A stretch of 64,000 bases of DNA. It comes from Guillardia theta CCMP2712. Its lineage: Eukaryota; Protista; Cryptophyta. The notes beneath the pieces are model-generated. The model was not told the origin of the DNA, did not search any database, and saw only the letters and a program-made list of their open reading frames with translations. How positions within the stretch are numbered: the stretch's first letter is position 1; each line of letters opens with the position of its first letter. The stretch lies in the NCBI RefSeq assembly GCF_000315625.1, contig NW_005434616.1:1-64000 (forward strand), in the 5' to 3' direction. Both the position numbers and the translations under genes were made by a program. Positions 1 through 12,100 of the stretch are shown in pieces.

Positions 1-199
1 GAGGATTCATGAATAGACTGCGAGACCTTCAATGAATCAACTCCGGATGACGCGATGCAAAGCAGACGGCTCCCTGATGGAATCGTTTGAGAGAGTTGTT
101 GTGATGTAGGCAAGCTAGAGTCATCCGGACGACGGTCGGGCGGCAGCAGCAGCAGCAGCATAAGGAAGCGAGGCAAAGGAGGGGAGCATTTAGTTTTCA

Positions 200-2152
200 C
201 CATCATATTTCCGTCTATCGCAACGGCCGCATGCTCGTCACTCCTCCTGCTTCCTCGGTCAACTCGCATGACCTCTTGCCCCCCCTGCGTGCCTGGTCGA
301 GGACTGCGAGGCTCTTCCATAGCGCGCGATGTTCACCATCTCGCCCTCCTCCCTTGAATCTCTTCCATTCCCTACACGCCTCTCCTCCTCGTCCTCCTCC
401 TCCTCCTGCACAAGAGCTGCAGGGTTCTCATCGACTCCTCCTAGTGTCTGGACTGGAGAAGGAGGATCAGGCGCGCGTTCCCAACTTCTCCCTCACCTCG
501 GCACACGTCGCCACTCCCTGCGTCCACAAAGAAGGTGACAGACGCCTCTTGTGCGATTTCCTCCTGCTCCATCGTGAGTGAAAGACGCGGAGGATGAGGG
601 TTGAGTCAGAGGAGGGAAGGAAAGAGTTCGGAAGGCTGAACAGCGGAAGTCGACGTCAAGAGAGAGGAGCGAGCAGGAGCGAGAAGCGATACTCTTGTAT
701 CGAATTCCAGCACTCGGATTGAAGCTACATGCATCCCTTCGGCAAGATCCTGCGGGTCTTGAAGGGTCACGAGGAGGAGGAGGAGGAGGAGATTGCCTGG
801 TCGATTGTCAGCTTGCCAGGACTCAACAGCCTTAACGAAGACGAGGGTGTCAGCGACGTGCGCGCAGCTGGGGAGGATCACCAGATGTCGAGCATGAATC
901 CTTCTTCCAGGTCATGCTTGCACGACCCTCCAGCGCTGCAGTCCTCCTGCTCCACTCCTACACGCCACCGTCACATGCGGATCTCGCAACCCCTCGGCTA
1001 ACAGCACCTCCCTTGTCCTTCATCCGTGCGGCTCCGTCCTCCAGGATCAGCTCCGACTCATACTCGTGACAGAGGAGCATCTGGCCATGCCGCGCAGGCG
1101 TGTAGCTCGTCGGCAACGGTTTCAGCGCGCCATGGAGCAGGTAGCAGAAGACCTGAGGCAGAGTGACGGGGAGGAGCTACGGATACGAGGCTGACCTGCA
1201 CTTGCATGGAGAGGATCACCTTCCTCGAGGCCGGCAGCTGAAAGAACTCCTCGGTCAAGGCAAGGGAGACGTAGCCTCTGTCCGCCCGATCGATACAAAA
1301 GTCTTCGGGGGGGAACAGGACGGCGACATAGTTTCCCAAGCTCCCTTCCCTGTCTTCTTGTCTGGAACCCAAGCTCTCCTCCTCTTCCTTGTTCTCCTCC
1401 TCCTCCTCCTCCTCCCCTGCCGTTGTCCGCGTCGGCTCGATCACAGTGAAATTCAACACTGCAAACTGAGCTGGCGGATCCGAGTCACTATGCTGAATCA
1501 CCTGTAGCGAGTGCGGAGAGCCGCACGTCATCTTGCCGATGCTCCTACATGGACTCGAAGAGCAAGAGGCAAGCGGCTGCTCATCGACGATCATCGTCAC
1601 AGGCTCATGAGCGAAGACGAGGAGCTCGAACTCGTCTACTTCCTCGTTCTCGATCTCGATGCCGTCTTCTTGCTTCGTGTACCATGCAGGAGTGGTGGAT
1701 CTGACATAGCCCTGGACGCAAGCGGAACGATGAGGACAGAAGGAGAGGGAGAAGAAGAGCAAGAAGGAGAGAGAGGGAGGAAGGGAGGGAGAGTGAGCCA
1801 AGGGGAAGGGGAAGGGAACGAGGGGAGGAGGAAACGATCTTGTCATTCCGCCATGGCTTCAGATCGCAGTCCTCATACAGCACAAACTCGTTGCCCAGGC
1901 TTGAATTATCCGTGAATATCCGTGGGAGTATCCGGGAGTATCCGTGAGGTATCCTGAGATCTACTCACGAGGCGGCCTCCAATGGTAATGGCAGGGAGGC
2001 GACGGGGGGAGGAGGTGGGGGAGGAGGAGGGGGGGGGGGGATGGAGGAGGAGAGATGGCGGAAAGAAAGTATGAAGGTGAAGAAATACTATCCCTCGCGG
2101 GGAATGGAGCCACTGAGAGGACGGAGGGAAGGTTGAAGGAAGCTCGTAGCAT
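200..2152 (-). CDS. Hypothetical multi-exon protein; ends uncertain
   Basis: Exons joinable by GT-AG introns (PLPLEAAS|LGNEFVLYEDCDLKPWRNDKI|GYVRSTTPAWYTKQEDGIEIENEEVDEFELLVFAHEP...). No recognised domain. Confidence 0.4.
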
Positions 2153-2229
2153 CAGGCCGTTGCGACCACAAGGTCGAGGAAACGTAGAGGATCAGTTTAA
2201 AAGAAGGTGAACATTCACATCTGAACCAG

Positions 2230-4831
2230 ATGATTGATGGTCGGGAAGTAGAGGAGAAGGGGGGCAGGGAAGAGTCCAGTCTTGACATGCTGACGCGCTC
2301 TCCTCAGGTTGGGAAGCTGAAGCTCCTTGTTCCGAGCGTGCTGCTCCTGATTCTAGAGGGCGATGCCTTTCTTGTGCCACCTCTCCTCGCGTCTCTGAGG
2401 CCGAGTGAGGCTTTTCTCCTCCTCTCTGTCTTGCTTCTCACTTGCTTTACTCGAGGGGCCCAAGTCTCGCGGCAGACATGCAGCTCGTTTGCCGGTCGGT
2501 CCCTGGCCCCCATCGGGCTGAGGTTGTGGTTGTTTCACTCTTCCTCCCAGCATGCTGATGTTGCTAGCAGAAGCCCTGCTGCTCCTGTCCAGCTGTCTGG
2601 CAGAGCCTCGACGTTGCGTATGGCGTTGCAAGTGGAGGTAGCAGGGAAGGTGGCGGGGGCCGTGGGGCTGAGCGTGCGTAGGTGATGGACCTGCCCAACA
2701 GTCAGAAGAAGCTCGCCATCACCGTGTCAGCCGACGAGTGCAACACGGCCTATGAGACCATCATCTCCAAGCTCGCCCGCACTGTGAGGATCAGTTGGGG
2801 GGGGGGGCAGGGTTGGTTGAGAGGCAGGAGGGGGGCTGGAGTGGGGTGTCGGGCGTGAGGGGGCTGACTTGAGGGCAGGCCGACGTGCCGGGGTTCCGCA
2901 AGGGGAAGGCTCCTCCACAGATGGTTCTGAATCACTTCGGCAAGAAGAGCATCACCGCGCAGGCTTGCGAGCAGATCATCGGCTCTGCCGTCCCTGCGGC
3001 ACTCCAGCAGAAGAACATCCGAGTAAGAGCTCGACGCGCTCGTTCCTGTGCTCCTGTGACTCCCTGCAGGCGATCGGGCAAGCACAGATGGCGGACGATG
3101 AGGCGATCGGAAAGATGATTGACAACTTTGCGCCTGGACAGGTAATCCTCCTCTCGTTGCTGCTGCTGCTACTGCTGTTCTTCTTCCGCTTCGTGCTCCT
3201 CCTTCTCTTCTGCCTTGCAAAGCAGCCCTGATGCTCCGCCGGCAGGACATCAAGTTCGAGGTCCTCGTCGACATCTGGCCTGAGGCATCGCTCAAGGGCG
3301 CCTACAAGGGCCTCACAGTGAGCTGCTGGCGGCCTGTGGCTTGTGCTGATCGCGGCTGCAGATCGAGGCGGAGGAAGAGCCCTTCGAGGAGGAGCTTGTT
3401 TCGAATGCCCTGTCGGAGATGCGCAAGAGGGAAGCGTTCTCGGTAGGAAGAGGAGGCTGCTGACCCTCTTCCTCACCTGCTGATGACCTTCCTCGCACCT
3501 CCTGCTTCTGATGCCCTTGCTCACTCGTCCTGCAGGTTCTCTCGGGTGCGGACACGAAGGCAAAAGTGTATCCTGCATCCCTCGGGGACTCGGTCGATGA
3601 GATCAAGAGAGAGGGAGCAGTTTGCGTCGTTGACTTGATCGGATACAAGAAGAACGCTGATGGCTCCAAGGTGAAGAACGTCTGAGGTGGGTCTATTGCG
3701 ATTGAGAGTGGATCCCAGGGCGATCGCCTGCCGGATCTTGCGATCGGAGAGAATGTCGAAGTTGTGATGGAGAAGGGAAAGTTCTTCGAGGGCTTCGTTG
3801 AGAGCATCGACGGGATGCAGGCAGGGGACCAGGCGTCCGTCCCTGTCACCTTCCCCACCAACCACAAGGTACATCGGGACTGAGAGGTGGCGAGCGAATG
3901 ACACTGTCGGAGGTCGCGGAGCTGCGGGGGATGGAGGCGATCTTCGACGTGACGATCAAGGGCCTGAAGGACATGATGTACCCGGCCCTCGACGATGACT
4001 TCGCCAAGAAGATCCCCAACTGCGACTCCGTTGTCGCGCTCAAGAAGAGGATCAGGGAGAGCATTACTGAGGTGAGCAAGTCGCCCAGCTGGAGGCCAGG
4101 ATGTGACGATGAAGCAGGAGAGCTTGATCTCCACCGGCAAGAACGTCGACAAGGCGCTCGAGAACGCGATCGTCGACCTCGTCGACGTCGAGATCCCCGA
4201 GACCCTCGTGGACGAGCAGACCAAGACCAAGTTTGCGAGCATGATGTCGGACTTCAAGGCCAAGGGGATGGACGACGAGCAGATCAAGTCGATGATCACC
4301 AAGGAGAACTACGACAGGTACAAGTCGACCAGCAGAGACAACACCGTCCGCTCCCTGCGCATCTCCTTCGTCATCGGTGAGCTCCCCCTTCCTTTCCTCG
4401 TCCTCCCTTGCGTCCCTCAACCCCTCGACTGAATCTCCTGCTCTCCTCCTCCTCCCTCTGCTCAGTGATTTGCAGGTGAGATCGCCAAGCAGGAAGGCAT
4501 CAAGGTTGACCCAACAGAGATCGAGTCGCAGGTCCTCCTCCCTCTCCTCCTCGTCCTCGTCCTCGCCCTCCTCCACTTTCCTTCCCTTCGCATCCTCGTC
4601 ATCGACCGAGGGTGATTCTTGATGCAGATGGCTGTGATCAAGCAGAAGTACTCCACAGAAGAGATCGATGAGGAGCAGGCCAGGAGCAAAGTGGAGGTGA
4701 GAAGGGCGGGAGCGCGTGTCGCACTTTGACGAGCTTGACTGCAGGCTGATCTTGAGCGCAAGAAAGTGCTCGAGTTCTTGAGGAACAACAACAACATCAA
4801 GCTGATCCCCAAGAAGGAATCCTCTAGCTAG
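2230..4831 (+). CDS. tig: Plastid-targeted trigger factor (ribosome-associated chaperone/PPIase), many exons
   Basis: Signature VPGFRKGKAP at ~2885; FKBP-like GKFFEGFVESIDGMQAGDQASVPVTFP; PALDDDFAKK; C-domain VEIPETLVDEQ. Hydrophobic leader ending ...EGDAFLVPP. Stop TAG at 4829-4831. Confidence 0.93.
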
Positions 4832-4879
4832 ATAGAAGAAACCCTGTGATTGAAGACCCGTGAACACTCTGGGATTCAC

Positions 4880-5050
4880 CTCTCCTCCTACCCTCTACTC
4901 CTAACCTCTCCTCCTACCCTCTCCTCTTAACCTCTCCTCCTACCATCTACTCCTAACCTCTCCTCCTACCCTCTACTCCTAACCTCTACTCTTAACCCCT
5001 ACTCTTAACCTCTCCTCCTACCCTCTACTCCTACCCTCTGCTCTTCAACC
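4880..5050. repeat. Degenerate 13-bp minisatellite (CTCTMCTCYTAMC), ~13 copies
   Basis: Units ctctcctcctacc / ctctactcctaac / ctctactcttaac read directly downstream of the tig stop. Confidence 0.85.
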
Positions 5051-5467
5051 TGCTCGTAGTTCCTCGAGGATGAATCACTCGGCTCCTCATCGTGTCATCC
5101 CCCGCCCTCCGCTTGTTCCCCAGCATCTCATTCCATGGCATTTTCCATCTTTGTTGTTATAAAGACTACCCCACCCCTTCTTTCTACATTGAAATACCCC
5201 ACCGTTTGTAAGCCTCTGGTCGAACGAGAAGCATGGCCTTGTTTGGAGGTAATCAGGCGGCGGCATGAAGGGGGAAGCGGTCGAGCGTGGGAGAGGGAGG
5301 GAGGGAGGGAGGGAGGGAGGGAGGGAGGGAGGGAAGGCAAGAGAAGAGGGGCAGCAGGAAAGGGGAGGAGAGGAGACAAGAGAGATGAGGATGGGAGGAT
5401 TGGAGGAGGAGGGGGGTAGGCAGAAGAGTGGAGGTTGTGAGTAGAAGTCACATTTAGTCCACATGGA

Positions 5468-5702
5468 CATGATGCGACTTAGACGAATGTCTTCCTCATG
5501 ATGCGACTTAGACGAATGTCTTCCTCATGATGCGACTTAGACGAATGTCTTCCTCATGATGCGACTTAGACGAATGTCTTCCTCATGATGCGACTTAGAC
5601 GAATGTCTTCCTCATGATGCGACTTAGACGAATGTCTTCCTCATGATGCGACTTAGACGAATGTCTTCCTCATGATGCGACTTAGACGAATGTCTTCCTC
5701 AT
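5468..5702 (+). repeat. Perfect tandem array, 8 x 29 bp (CATGATGCGACTTAGACGAATGTCTTCCT) plus 3 bp, overlapping the release-factor start codon
   Basis: Identical units at 5468, 5497, 5526, 5555, 5584, 5613, 5642, 5671; no spacers. Confidence 0.97.
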
Positions 5703-6824
5703 CGCGCGCTCTCTACTCACATCAAACTTACAGGTTGGCTCCGGTCGGGCTTGAGGGTTTGTGCTCCTACCTCTCAAGCTCAGAGGCTGTTCCGACCTTT
5801 CTCGTCATCATCTGGGGAGGGAGACGCCAATCATCGAGACCCAGCAGCATCTACGAAACCAGACTCAGCTGTACCTGGTATGCCGTGAGCCCCGCGAGCC
5901 TCTCTGAACGATACCTTGATGTAGAAGTGGCTGCCAAACGCTCCCAGCCGCAGAAGAAGAAAGTGCTGTCGGGGGTGGAGCTTGCAGTCGGAGGGTACAA
6001 GGTCAACCGGAGCGTGTGGGGGAGCATATCAGAAGCCAAGGTGTCAGACTTGGCGAGAAGGATTGAGGTGAGGAGTGTCCCGCCGGCCCCCCCCTGACGC
6101 TCTTGGAAGAAACTGGGGATCTTGGCGTCGGACATCCAAGAGCAGTTCGTACGAGGTACGTCAGCCTCGTCTGCCCCCTCGTGCCGCGTGACCTCCTGCA
6201 AGGTTCAGGGAGAGGCGGGCAAAAGATGAACAAGACTGCGTCCAAGGTGAGGATCACGCACATCCCCACAGGCATACAGGTGAGAAGCGCCTCCCCTCGC
6301 CCTGCCGTCGCGGGTTCGTCCAGGGTTCACGTGCTGCTGGCAGGTGGCTTGCCAGACTGAGCGGGAGCAGTCGATCAACAGGTCCTCCTTGTCTGACCTC
6401 CTCCTCCCCCCTCTCATGCCCTGCAGATTCCTAGCGATGCGCGAGCTCGTGTCTCGACTAGAGAGCGACGACCAGGTGCTGGGCCTCAAGCTCGCAGGTG
6501 CCATGAGGCTGACCTGCCGCTGTAGAAATCCGAAGGAGAGAAGGAAAGAGAGAGGATCCGAAAGTTGAAGGCGAGAGCGAAGAGGAGGTGTTCTTCGAGC
6601 CTCTACTTCGAGCCTCCTCTTCAGCCCCTGACAAGTTTCCTCACAGACACAAGAAGCTAGCAGAGCAGAAGAAAGGCTTCCAGGACGTCGAAGCCGACAG
6701 CACAAAGGAGGAGGATGCTGGAGTCGTGCAGGAGGAAGAAGACGTGGGCGACATGGAGCACAATGTCTCATTGCCCGATGGACTGGAAGGAGGGGGGTCA
6801 AAGAATGATGGTCGGCAGGCTTGA
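5672..6824 (+). CDS. Class I release-factor family GGQ protein, C12orf65/MTRFR-like ribosome rescue factor, probably mitochondrial
   Basis: Spliced core DIQEQFVR|[26 protein letters not shown]|[13 protein letters not shown]|[11 protein letters not shown] followed by a basic tail [13 protein letters not shown]. No codon-recognition domains seen. Arg/Ser-rich N-terminus. Confidence 0.85.
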
Positions 6825-6911
6825 ATGAAGTCGCACTTCTACTACCAGACTATTCGACTGATCCAACCCACTCAAGTTTCAATCCGCACTCCCGTCTCCG
6901 TGGTTGGGCCC

Positions 6912-8377
6912 CTAGAATCCCAGGTGGCTGAGTCGCTTGTTCCCCGTGTAGATGGCGCGGGTCAACTCTCCTTCTGAGATCTCGCGCGCAGAAGAGACGG
7001 CGTGTAGTCCCATCAGGGCCAGCCGCAGGCGGTAGGGGCAGACCTTCCACTCTGAGGTGCGAGCGGTCAGATGAGCATCAGGACTCGCAGGGCAGCCTTC
7101 AGGTACCGGAGTCCTTGTCGGGGGCCGGCAGCGTCTTGGAGAGCTCGTCGATCTGCTTGCTCCACTTGAGAATGCCAGTCTGTGAGCAGATTAGCCGACA
7201 AGAGGAGACAGCTTTTCCAAGCTCGCCTGCAGCTGCTGCCTCGACCATGTCGGATGTCCGATCCCTCGCTCCAGGCACAAGTCCAAAAGGTCATGCTTCG
7301 AAAGCTCTGCGACGCCCTGCAGCAGAAAGAGAGGTTCATTTCTAGAAGCTCATCGCAGAGCGAGCTCCTCTCATCACCTTCTCTCCCTGCTTCGACAGCT
7401 CTTCGTCGGCAGAGATGACATCCGAAATGTGCCCTTTGATCGGGAACTTGAGGACGAAGGCAGGGAGGAAGGAGAAGCCGGCGTTCATCGCTATCGCCGC
7501 TCCCTGGCACCCATGACGTCAGCTGTGTGAGGGAGGAGGGAGGGAGGAGGGAGGGAGGAGGGAGGGAGGAGGGAGGGTGTACCTTGATGAGAGCAGGAGG
7601 AACATCGCCAAAGTCAGCCCTGTGCTGCTTCTTGTCTCCCAACGCTGTAGCGTTGTAGAACACCCATTTCGCGGTGCTGTCGAAAGCCTTGCGCCATGAT
7701 CCGGCACCGAGAGCCTTGAGGGCCCCAGACTTGACTGTAAGAGCTTGTTTAGCGCTCTCAGGGTTCTTGTCGTTCTCGCACTCCTTCTCAAGGTCAACAA
7801 TGCCAGTGAGCAGACCAGCTATCCTCGCCGCCGCTAGCTCTTCATACTTTCTGTCCCTGTGCTTGGGCAGGTCGAAGGTAGAAGGCAGCGCACCAGGCCA
7901 GAAGATCAGGTAGTAGGGAAGGATGGAGGGGGAGACAGCATAGATAGCCAGCATACGAATGAGCTTGGCAGTGTCCTTCTTCTCCCGATGGAGCAAGCAG
8001 ACGTCTGACATGCTGACCTGCAGCCCCTTCTTCCTCTTCTCGTTGATCTCTCGAACTTCGCCCCAGTTGTGCCATATCCCGCTGAACCCCGCGCGAGTTC
8101 GTTGCCACATCTCAGAGAAGTATTGGCCGAGCTGCTCTCTCTGCTGGTCCAGGAAAGCGAGGCTCGGCGGAGCTACAGCCGCCAACTGCGAGTTCAGTTT
8201 TGCCCTCTCCCTTCCCCGCAATCCCATCCTTTGGGGACAAGCAACGGACGAGGGAGCAGGGATGCAAGAGGAGGGCAGAGGGAGATGAGCGACAAGGAGG
8301 AGGGACACGAGGAGGCAGCAGGAGGAGGCAGCGCCTGTCCACCCCACGCTCCTACTCCCCTGCATGCTGCTGGCCAT
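6912..8377 (-). CDS. LETM1-like domain protein with hydrophobic N-terminal leader
   Basis: REKKDTAKLIRMLAIYAVSPSILPYYLIFWPGALPSTF resembles the LETM1 TM/FPNMLPSTF segment. Later DEELSKQG..ELSKHDLLDLCLERG resembles the LETM1 ribosome-binding domain. Confidence 0.72.
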
Positions 8378-8711
8378 GATCCTTGCTGCGAGGAACACAA
8401 AAAAGGAATTTAGTACCCTACCCTTACAAGGTAGCCAATATTTGTCTAGAAAATACCGGTAGTCAATTACTTTTGCGAACTGCTGGGATGGACGTAAAGC
8501 ACTGCACAGCGGGGGCCAAACCACATGCGCACCTCATCCCCTCGTCCCCATCACTGCCCGGCCCGGCCCGATCCGGCGATGACCCCTGGACCCTCACTGA
8601 ACTCGATCACCCGATAAAATCCGCTACTAGCTGGCATGGTGTTGCCCTTGAAGATTCCCACGGCCTCCGCAATGCCACCAACATGTGGAGAGGGGACGCT
8701 GTAAGGGGTGG

Positions 8712-11101
8712 ATGGTGAGGAGAGGGATAAGACTGCTCATCCTCATCCTCATCCTGAGTATTCTGCAGCTGTCTTGCTTGTTCACTCTTGCTCTCGCTGA
8801 TCCTGCTTCCTCGTCGTCGCGTTCTTTCAACCTGTCCTTCTTTCTTGCCCCGATTCGCCGACCCTTCCAAGGGTTGCGTGCTCCTTTCCTCGCTTGCTCG
8901 CCGCGCAACACAACTCCTTCAGACCAAAACGTCAGTCGGTTTGCTTGGGTGGTACTTGAGCTGTCTCCATGCTTCTTTGTCTGAGTGAGTCGAAGGTTCC
9001 CGACCTGAAGCGAAGGTTTGGTTTGTCGAGAGATAAGCCAGTCGCAGGCATGGCACAAGGTGCAAGCGTTGATCCAGCATGGCAGGTTCACTGAAAACTT
9101 GATACAATCTGATTTTCGTCGTAACATCCTTTCACTTTAGCTTTCAAGAACAGACTTGCGTCGAACATACGATTCTTACATTTCCATTGTTGTGGCCGCC
9201 AGCGATTGATAGCCTACACTGACATTTCTTTGCAGGTCGAGAAGGATGCGCAGAAGATGATACAGTTAACAGACAAAGAAAAGCTCTACATCCCCGAACA
9301 GGTTGCCGCTCCCGTCACTCGCCGAGCTTGAGGGACTGAACGAGGAGACTAGGTGGTGCAGTCGAGGATTAAAGCATTCGAGGACGCCAAGAGAGTGAAC
9401 GCAGCCTTTGTGGAGGTGACACAGAGCTTGCCGGCCAGACCTGACAGTCTGATGCAGAAAGTCTTGAGCTCTCTGCCCGCTGACAAGCCAATGATCAGCA
9501 CGGATCGGGTCATGGCGGATGAGGGACAGGAGCACAAGAAGCGCCAAGCTCTTGAGCTGACACACTACCCCGGTCAGGCGCACAGCTGCGAGGGCTTCTG
9601 CGTGTGCAGGCAGTGACCGTGCTCTTCAAGGGATTCGCTTGGGCTCACAATCGTACAACACCATGGGGTCCGTCCTCCTCCACATCTTCCGAGACTGGAG
9701 TGAGGAGTGTACCCACGTGCGCTTGCCCTGCCCTTGCAGTCGCCAGCTCATTCGGCTCCAGGTCGTCCGGGACGTCTATGCTCCTATCGTCGAGCAAGTC
9801 AAGGTACGGGCCTCTGATCGCATGCTTCTCCTTCCCGCAGGCGTGTTGATGAGGTCGCGCCCCCAGCTAAGGCTGCCGTGCCAGTCCCGTGCGCCATCGA
9901 TCTTGATTCCTGGGTCTGGTGAAAGATTCTTTTGTTATGCGGCCGTCTCATTGTCTTGACGTCTCAACTCTCTTCCCTTAGGATTGTCGCGGCTCGCTTT
10001 CGAGCTCAAAGGCGCTGGTTGCTGAAAACCGATCACCTGTCCAAGGAGTTGAATTTTCGTTTCAGGGTATGCAGTGGAGTGTAACGAGTTCAGCAAGATC
10101 TTCGCGACATTTGCCAATTACTTATTCAACGATTGCGGTACTTGTACTGGCGCCTTCAATCTTCGTTGTGACTGGATCTCTCAGAGACTTCAAGCAATAT
10201 ATGTCCTCTCTCCCACGTCTTCTCCGAGAACTGGAAGCTTGCTGGTGACCTCTGCTGCTGTGGTTGTGTACCGGTGACGATCGGCTTTGACCCGTTCATC
10301 GCAGATCAATACATGCAAGTGAACATCCCGACGAAGTTTCCGAGTCAAGCGAGGCATTCTTTCTCTGGCTCTCCTTCTTCCTGCTTCTCAAGCTTGTCGC
10401 TCAGCTTCGCTTCTCCCATCCGGATGACTACCGGCGACTTCGTTTCACTCTACAACGCAAAAGACGGACCAGCTCATCGGAAGTTTGAGTAACCAGCATA
10501 AGCGTATTGCTATTGCCCCTTGATGCCCATGCAGTTGTGTTGTGACGTGCTTCTTCATCGATACCTGCGATGATCTCATCGATTACATTCAGACCATCGA
10601 TTCGCTGCTTGTGGTGATTGAGCCAGGAGTGACCAGGAACAACTTTCACGTGAATGTTCCTGCAGGAGGGCGGACTTTGGATCAACCTCGGGCCCCTCAA
10701 CTACAAGAAGGAGTTGAGGCTGAAGCTCACGGTAACCTTGGCCGCACCTGCTCCATGCGAAACTCAATGATCATGCGCTCGTCTGACCGTCGTTGCCTCA
10801 AGTGGGATGAAATGGAGCAAGTTTGGATCCAGCTAGGATATCGCTTCCTCGATGTTCGTAAGGTGCTTCAGCCTCACGTTCAAGTTGATCAGTCACCCGA
10901 CACTGACCGTCTGTCACTCCTCAGCTACACACCGCTTACCATCTGGCCTCTGGGATCAAGATGTACACTGAGCAGGTGAGTCTGGCAGTCACGCCGCGTT
11001 CAGTGAGCCGGTCGAGAAGGCTGCTGACTCCTCATTGGTCCGATTGGATCGAACTGCAGTACGATCCTGTGCTCTCCGTCGCTTTGAAGGAAAGCAAGTG
11101 A
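8712..11101 (+). CDS. Carnosine N-methyltransferase / N2227-family SAM-dependent methyltransferase
   Basis: Motifs HIFRDWSEE, ILIPGSG|LSRLAFEL, GYAVECNEFS, VVTCFFIDT..LIDYIQTI, GG.WINLGPL. Confidence 0.88.
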
Positions 11102-12100
11102 GCTTGCCTAGGACTCGGATGATGAGTAAACTTCGTACTCGGATTCTTTACTCAACTTGCAGTAAAAGTAAAGTCTTTACTCAAAGTTAACTTAAAATGT
11201 CAGTAGTAGTATTATGCTTGTCACGAGCGGCCCCCCCAGGTCTCACTGAGATCTCGAATGACTAAAATGTTTAGTTAAAGTTATCTCGGACCGTCCTCGT
11301 TGCCTGGGAGAACGGGCAGCCAAGAGTACCTGCGAGTGCTACAGATTCTTTTTTTTGGTCGGCCTCCAAGGGGAAGAAGGGGCGACGATTGAGTAGGAAA
11401 ATAACCGGTACTCAGAGAAATTCAAGTCGTCGTTGTTTTCTTCGTTTGACTAGGAACATCGGAATTCCATACGGGCGGAGGTTCTATCTTACCTATGACC
11501 ATTGAGTCGCAGTAAGGTCGCCTCTTCAAGTCAAACTTTCCTGTTGTCAAGAGGCAATCTTCCAACCATTCCATCAGAATTTCAATTTTCAAAGTAAATT
11601 TTGACCAAACGGTCGTAAATCGTTGTATGGCCTTTACGAGCGCCATCAGCAGCCGAGGCCGGCGATCCGATAAAAATAATATTCAAAGCGAAATTATTTC
11701 TATGAGAATTTCAATTTTAGTTGTAAAAATTGTAATAAGTACTGCAATCGGAGTCGGGAAGACACAATCCAGTCGGAGGTGGAGGTAGGGTATTCCGGGA
11801 TGATCCAGGGGTACCTACATTTCAACTACGAAAGGAGGGGTGTAGGGACACTCAATGGAGGAGAGGGAAAGAGGGAGGGGGTAGGGTGGTATCGGTGGAA
11901 TTGTGAAGCCCATTATCCCAGAGCAAGAGGAAAAGAAGAGGGTAGACGAGCAAGAGCAAGCAAGGGAGTAAGAGTTAGAGTCGAGGAAGAAGAGGAGTGT
12001 GTAGGAGAGGATTGAAGCCTGGGACTGGCAGTTGTTTGTGTTGACATCGGACCTGGAGTGAGCGCATTCCATCAGCCCAGGAGATTGTCACTGTGAAAGC

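Noticed and set aside
1905-1956. Five TATCC(G/T) repeats as a regulatory array
   Set aside because: They fall inside a predicted minus-strand intron (GTGAGT...CAAG); most likely slippage.
3313-4879. Long minus-strand ORFs (329 and 271 aa)
   Set aside because: Antisense shadows of the GC3-rich trigger factor exons.
4880-5050. Interstitial telomeric repeat
   Set aside because: The period is 13 bp and there are no true tandem CCCTAA/CCCTAAA units.
5468-5702. CRISPR array
   Set aside because: The 29-bp units are contiguous with no spacers; no cas genes; eukaryotic context.
11422-11646. 74-aa ORF as a gene or transposon relic
   Set aside because: No recognisable motif or splice context.
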